In this document: piece by piece, positions 59,931 to 64,000 of the stretch
Layout: each line of letters starts with the position of its first letter
Position numbering within the stretch: position 1 is the stretch's first letter
Assembly (NCBI GenBank): GCA_051294375.1
Contig: CM119266.1
Coordinates: 10,515,571-10,579,570 of the forward strand
Reading direction: 5' to 3'
From: Paraspadella gotoi
Taxonomy: Eukaryota; Animalia; Chaetognatha
DNA: 64,000 nt
Notes under the pieces: generated by a model
Seen by the model: the letters and a program-made list of their open reading frames with translations, nothing else
Database searches by the model: none
Told to the model about the DNA's origin: nothing
Program-made: the position numbers and the translations under genes

Positions 59931-61035
59931 AACACCCTCGCCTTCATAATTCCCCCCTCACTGATTTGACAACGAAAAAAAAGGTCTCATGTCGCCGCCC
60001 GGACACGAAACCCCGCCCCGTCGGGTGTGTACTTTTTTCTCTATTCTGTCGTATATTCTTAGATCATTCGTGTCGTCGCGTTATCTGCTAACATATCTTT
60101 TTTTCAACTCTACTCTGACCGCGACGCATAGTCGCAGACTGAAAACTAAAAAAAAAAAAAGAAACGAATGTTCGATACATTGTTACTGTCTTGTGTCCGG
60201 TCTTCTAAGCACAATTACACAAAGTAAATAATTAAAAAATATTTTTATTTAATTCATCTCAAAATTTAAACTGCATCAGACTGCATGCTGAATTTTACCT
60301 TACTTTTTTTTCCTCTCCTCACTCTCTCTTCGCGTGATTGGTCAATTCCGATAACCCTTACTAAGGACTTCATTACCACAGCCACCCCCCACGGGCATTT
60401 TCCACCAATCCTTTTAACCACCCTCCATCCTTAAAAAAAACCCCTCGTCCAACATAAAAATCACCTACCACCCCCATCCACTTTTAAATCCATCCATTCT
60501 CCGATAAATAACAATCTATAATCCCCTTAGACGATTTCTCCGGCCAAGTATCTCATTCTCCAGTCCCTCCCTCCCCACCCAAATCACCACTTTCCCCCCA
60601 TCCCACCTTCCCATCCTCTCTCTTTCCCATCAACCGGGTCCGTTATGTCCGTATAAAGAGAGAAAAAAAGTCATCAAAACCGAGGTTCTTCACATTATGA
60701 TCTGGCGACATCCCATCATCACATCGCGTGAAGAGGAGGGTTCCATTTGCACCATAAATAGATTTACTTTTTTTATCTTTTTCTCTCTCTCTTTCTCCCC
60801 ATGTATATACTATAATATCAAGATGTATAACGATTGCAAACTCAAGAGTGGCCTTGCGATTATGGGACCCCCTCTTACTCCCGTCTCTAGACGACCGGGG
60901 TTCCTTTTTTTTTCCCCAACAACAACAACAACGACGACGACAATAATAACCCCGACTTTATTTTTCACTTCACTCGATCGCGCCTCAACTCGGGCGAAGG
61001 AGCCTTCGGCGCGAGCGACCTCACCGCGCACTCAC

Positions 61036-61172
61036 CTCTCCGCGCTCTCAGCCCCCCCCCCTCCTCCCCCCCAACATTCGCGCGCGTAATCTCCAGAGGT
61101 CCCGGTTGGTGCGTCGCTGTCGGATCTGTCTCTAGCGGATCTTTGATGATCCTTGTGTTCTTGAACCGTCAT
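61036..61172 (-). CDS. Candidate alternative first coding exon of the Oaz-like gene
   Basis: ATG at 61172 opens MTVQEHKDHQRSARDRSDSDAPTGTSGDYARECWGGGGGGAESAE and ends at a GAG|GTGAGT donor in phase 2, matching the phase-2 acceptor at 49175. Confidence 0.5.
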
Positions 61173-61569
61173 TAGGGCGAAGGCGAAGAGAGAGAGAGAG
61201 AGATTCTATTTTTTCCTCGTTAGGATTTTTCTTTTTAGTTGAACGCCCTTCGTTTTTCCCGTAGAAAAATTGTAAAGCCCCGAAATTTAGGCGAAAAAAT
61301 TTTCGGGGATTTCAAAACCCTTTCTCCTCCTCTTCCTCTCCTTTCCTCATCCGTCCTCCAATTCGCCTTCACGTTTGCCCTCTCGCGCCCTCGCGTGGTC
61401 ACCCCTTTAAACGAGGAAAAAAAAAAGAAAATCAGCGCCTTGATTTCATTCAAATTTTCGCGCGCCTTCGCGCCCTCGTTTAAAAACATCGCCGCAGGAT
61501 TTTTTTTTTCGCGCGCGCGAGCGGAAACTTTGGAGGCGCGAGCGGGTGGCGTGACGAGGGTGGGACGGG

Positions 61570-61612
61570 GGACCAATAGGAGACCAGCACCGATAAGACG
61601 ACGGACCAATGG
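61570..61612. promoter_or_regulatory. Tandem GGACCAAT boxes 33 bp apart with a GATAAG between them
   Basis: CCAAT at 61573 and 61606, about 400 bp upstream (minus strand) of the candidate first exon. Confidence 0.45.
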
Positions 61613-64000
61613 GAAGCCTTTTTTTTCGCTTTATCCATCTCAATTTAAAGAATAATATTTAAAAGAGAGTTCGGCGAGATCTGGGAGAGTGAGAGGGAGA
61701 CGAGGAGGAAGAAGAAAGGAGAGAGAAGGCAGAGAGGGAGAGCGAGCAAAAAAAGGATAGAGAGGAAGAAAGGAAAGAGGATACGGCGANNNNNNNNNNN
61801 NNNNNNNNNNNNNNCGGGCGAGTTCTCTTGACTTTTCTGTCCCGCGCTGTCTCCAATCAAGGCCGAGATTTTATATTCCACGGAGGCAAAAATTTGACAG
61901 GCGCGGGGGGGCGGGCGGGAGGGAAGAAGTTTAAGAAATGGCTGAGAAGGGAGAGAAGAAGCCTAAAAAAAAAGTTGGCCCGCTCAAAGTGTAAGAAAAA
62001 CTTTTTTTTTTTTCTTTCTCGAAAAACAAAAGGGGGGAAAAAACGCGCGGCTTGAAAAAAAATAAGTGGCGAAATCTTTTTTCAGCATTTTGGTTTCTTT
62101 GTCTATTCGCAACATCTTTCTCTTTTTTTTCTCTCTATTTCTTTTTTTCATTCATTAGTTTCTTCGTAATCATCAGGGAGCCTAGAAAAAGAAAGAAAAT
62201 GCAAAACGGCAAAAAAAAAAAGACGACATGAATAAAAAAGTAAAGATAAGAGAGAAAAAGAAAAAGAGAGCGCCAGTGTCCATCGGCTGGAGCCGATTTG
62301 TTTCCATTATTCCCTGTCCCATCTTTCTCTCTCCACATTCTTCTTTTCTCTTCTGTACCTTCTCATTCTCAAGGATTCCCTTTTCTCAGAGAAGAAACCT
62401 CATATAATAAAGAATTATGCAAAAAAAAAAAAGTATGAATTTATTTTCGGCTTAATACTATTTACTTTTTTTTTAAATCCGCCTCCTAACTTTTTTTTTG
62501 TCTGCGGGATGCAAGCAAGAGTCAAAGGCCAACGCTCGAGAGTTATTTGTATTGACTCGGACATTTGTGGCCGAATTGGGACATTTTTTCTTTTTTAGTT
62601 CCCCCATTTTCGCCCCCAAAAAACTTCTCGAATCTCATCGAGAGTGAAAAAAAAAGCGGATTTGTTTCGATTGCCGAAAAAAAAGAGACGATGGAACGCG
62701 GGGGGGGGGGAGGGTGAACATCTACCATTCGACGGTGCCTGTCGCTTTCGTTTTTCTTTCTTCTTGCTCATCCAGATATATCTCCTCGAGCGCCCTGAAG
62801 AGAAACAAATTAGTCTTTGAACCCAGTGGCCACGCCAAAACAGCGTAAAAATGTTTTAACACAAAATGTTTGAGCAAAAAATTTCGCGTTTTCTCAATCT
62901 CATTCCTTTCCAACTCAAAACCGTAAAAATACACCGCAATTATATTCGCACTCGTATTAATCTCGCTCCATGCACGCGTGAAAAAAAAACATAAATCCCC
63001 CCTCCATTTTCAAGTTAACGGTCGAGCGAGGGGAGCGATGAGCGAAAGAGCGTTTTTCCATTCTCGACGCCCATAAACAATAACAATCGCTTTACAACAG
63101 ACGAACGGAGGAAATCTTCCGCGGAACGAATCGCCGCCGCCGCAAGAGTTGCGACTTTGGCGTTCCTGCGCATTGCGCGGCGGATTTGCTGCGACGCCGC
63201 TTGGCCATAAAGTGGAAGGTTTCGATCACCGCGGGATTTGAGCGAGACGACGGAGCAGTTTTAGACGGCTCGGCACGGCTGAAGCGGCCGGTCGTTGATC
63301 TCTTCGACTCGGCAACTCTCTTCGGCGCATCTCCCGGCATCCGTTCGGTTCCGCACCTATCTTCTTCTCGCATCGAACCATCTCGTGATGGCAACTTTTA
63401 AGAAGTTTACCGGCCGCCACTGATCGGCGACGGGCAGACGGCGCTACTGCGTCCTTCTCTGCCATGGTTTGATCGGGGGAGAATCGATGCTTTTTTTTTT
63501 GTTTTTCCCACAGCGACAAAACAAAACCGTCTTGAAGAAGAAGAATAAGAAGAAAGACAGAAGTAGAAGAAGACGGTTGCATCCCCTCCGTCTGACGATG
63601 CTGGGTGATTTTCTTTTTTTTCATCCTCTTCTTTCGCAGAAACGAACTTTAGCAAATTATGCTTGGAAAAACATTTTGCACGAGGAGCGCCCTTAAACTT
63701 ACCCTTAGACTTACCCAAATACGTAAGCGGCGACCCTTTTTTCCCCGCTCCGTAAATTCTTCCACTTAGTTAGGATCTGACCCAAACCCCCTTCTTTAAC
63801 CGAATACTTCAAAATAGACCCCTCCCCCCTTTCACCATCAAAGCGAGTTTTTGCGACTGCGATTCCAATTTTCCTCGCGGCCTTCTCGCTCGTGGTCGTG
63901 TCGTTCCACCCGTCGTCTCGTCTCGCTCCGTCACCGTCGTCGTCGTGTCGTCCGTCAGCCGTCACGTCGTCGCTTCGTCGTTGGTGTTGCGCTTTTGCTC

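Overview
Eukaryotic (invertebrate-like animal) genomic DNA with GC-rich exons, AT-rich GT-AG introns, many microsatellites, N-gaps and some noisy gap-fill sequence. From left to right: (1) the last coding exon of a membrane-anchored protein, then a decaying mobile-element-like block with an SGNH esterase, an orphan ORF and hairpin repeats (0.1-3.1 kb); (2) a MICAL-like gene with CH, half-LIM and bMERB domains (+, 6.1-10.9 kb); (3) an unusual BTB/BACK-kelch-type gene with a very large His/Cys/acid-rich linker (+, 11.3-22.8 kb), whose introns hold two U5 snRNA genes, each with an upstream octamer element; (4) a probable assembly-duplicated copy of that gene's 3' end; (5) about 8 kb with no convincing CDS; (6) an aquaglyceroporin (+, 33.1-35.5 kb); (7) a ZNF423/ZNF521 (Oaz)-like multi-zinc-finger gene (-, from 36.7 kb, 5' end probably beyond the window) with extra C-terminal fingers and candidate internal promoters and first exons. 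All gene models were traced by hand from splice signals and reading frames; no database searches were run.
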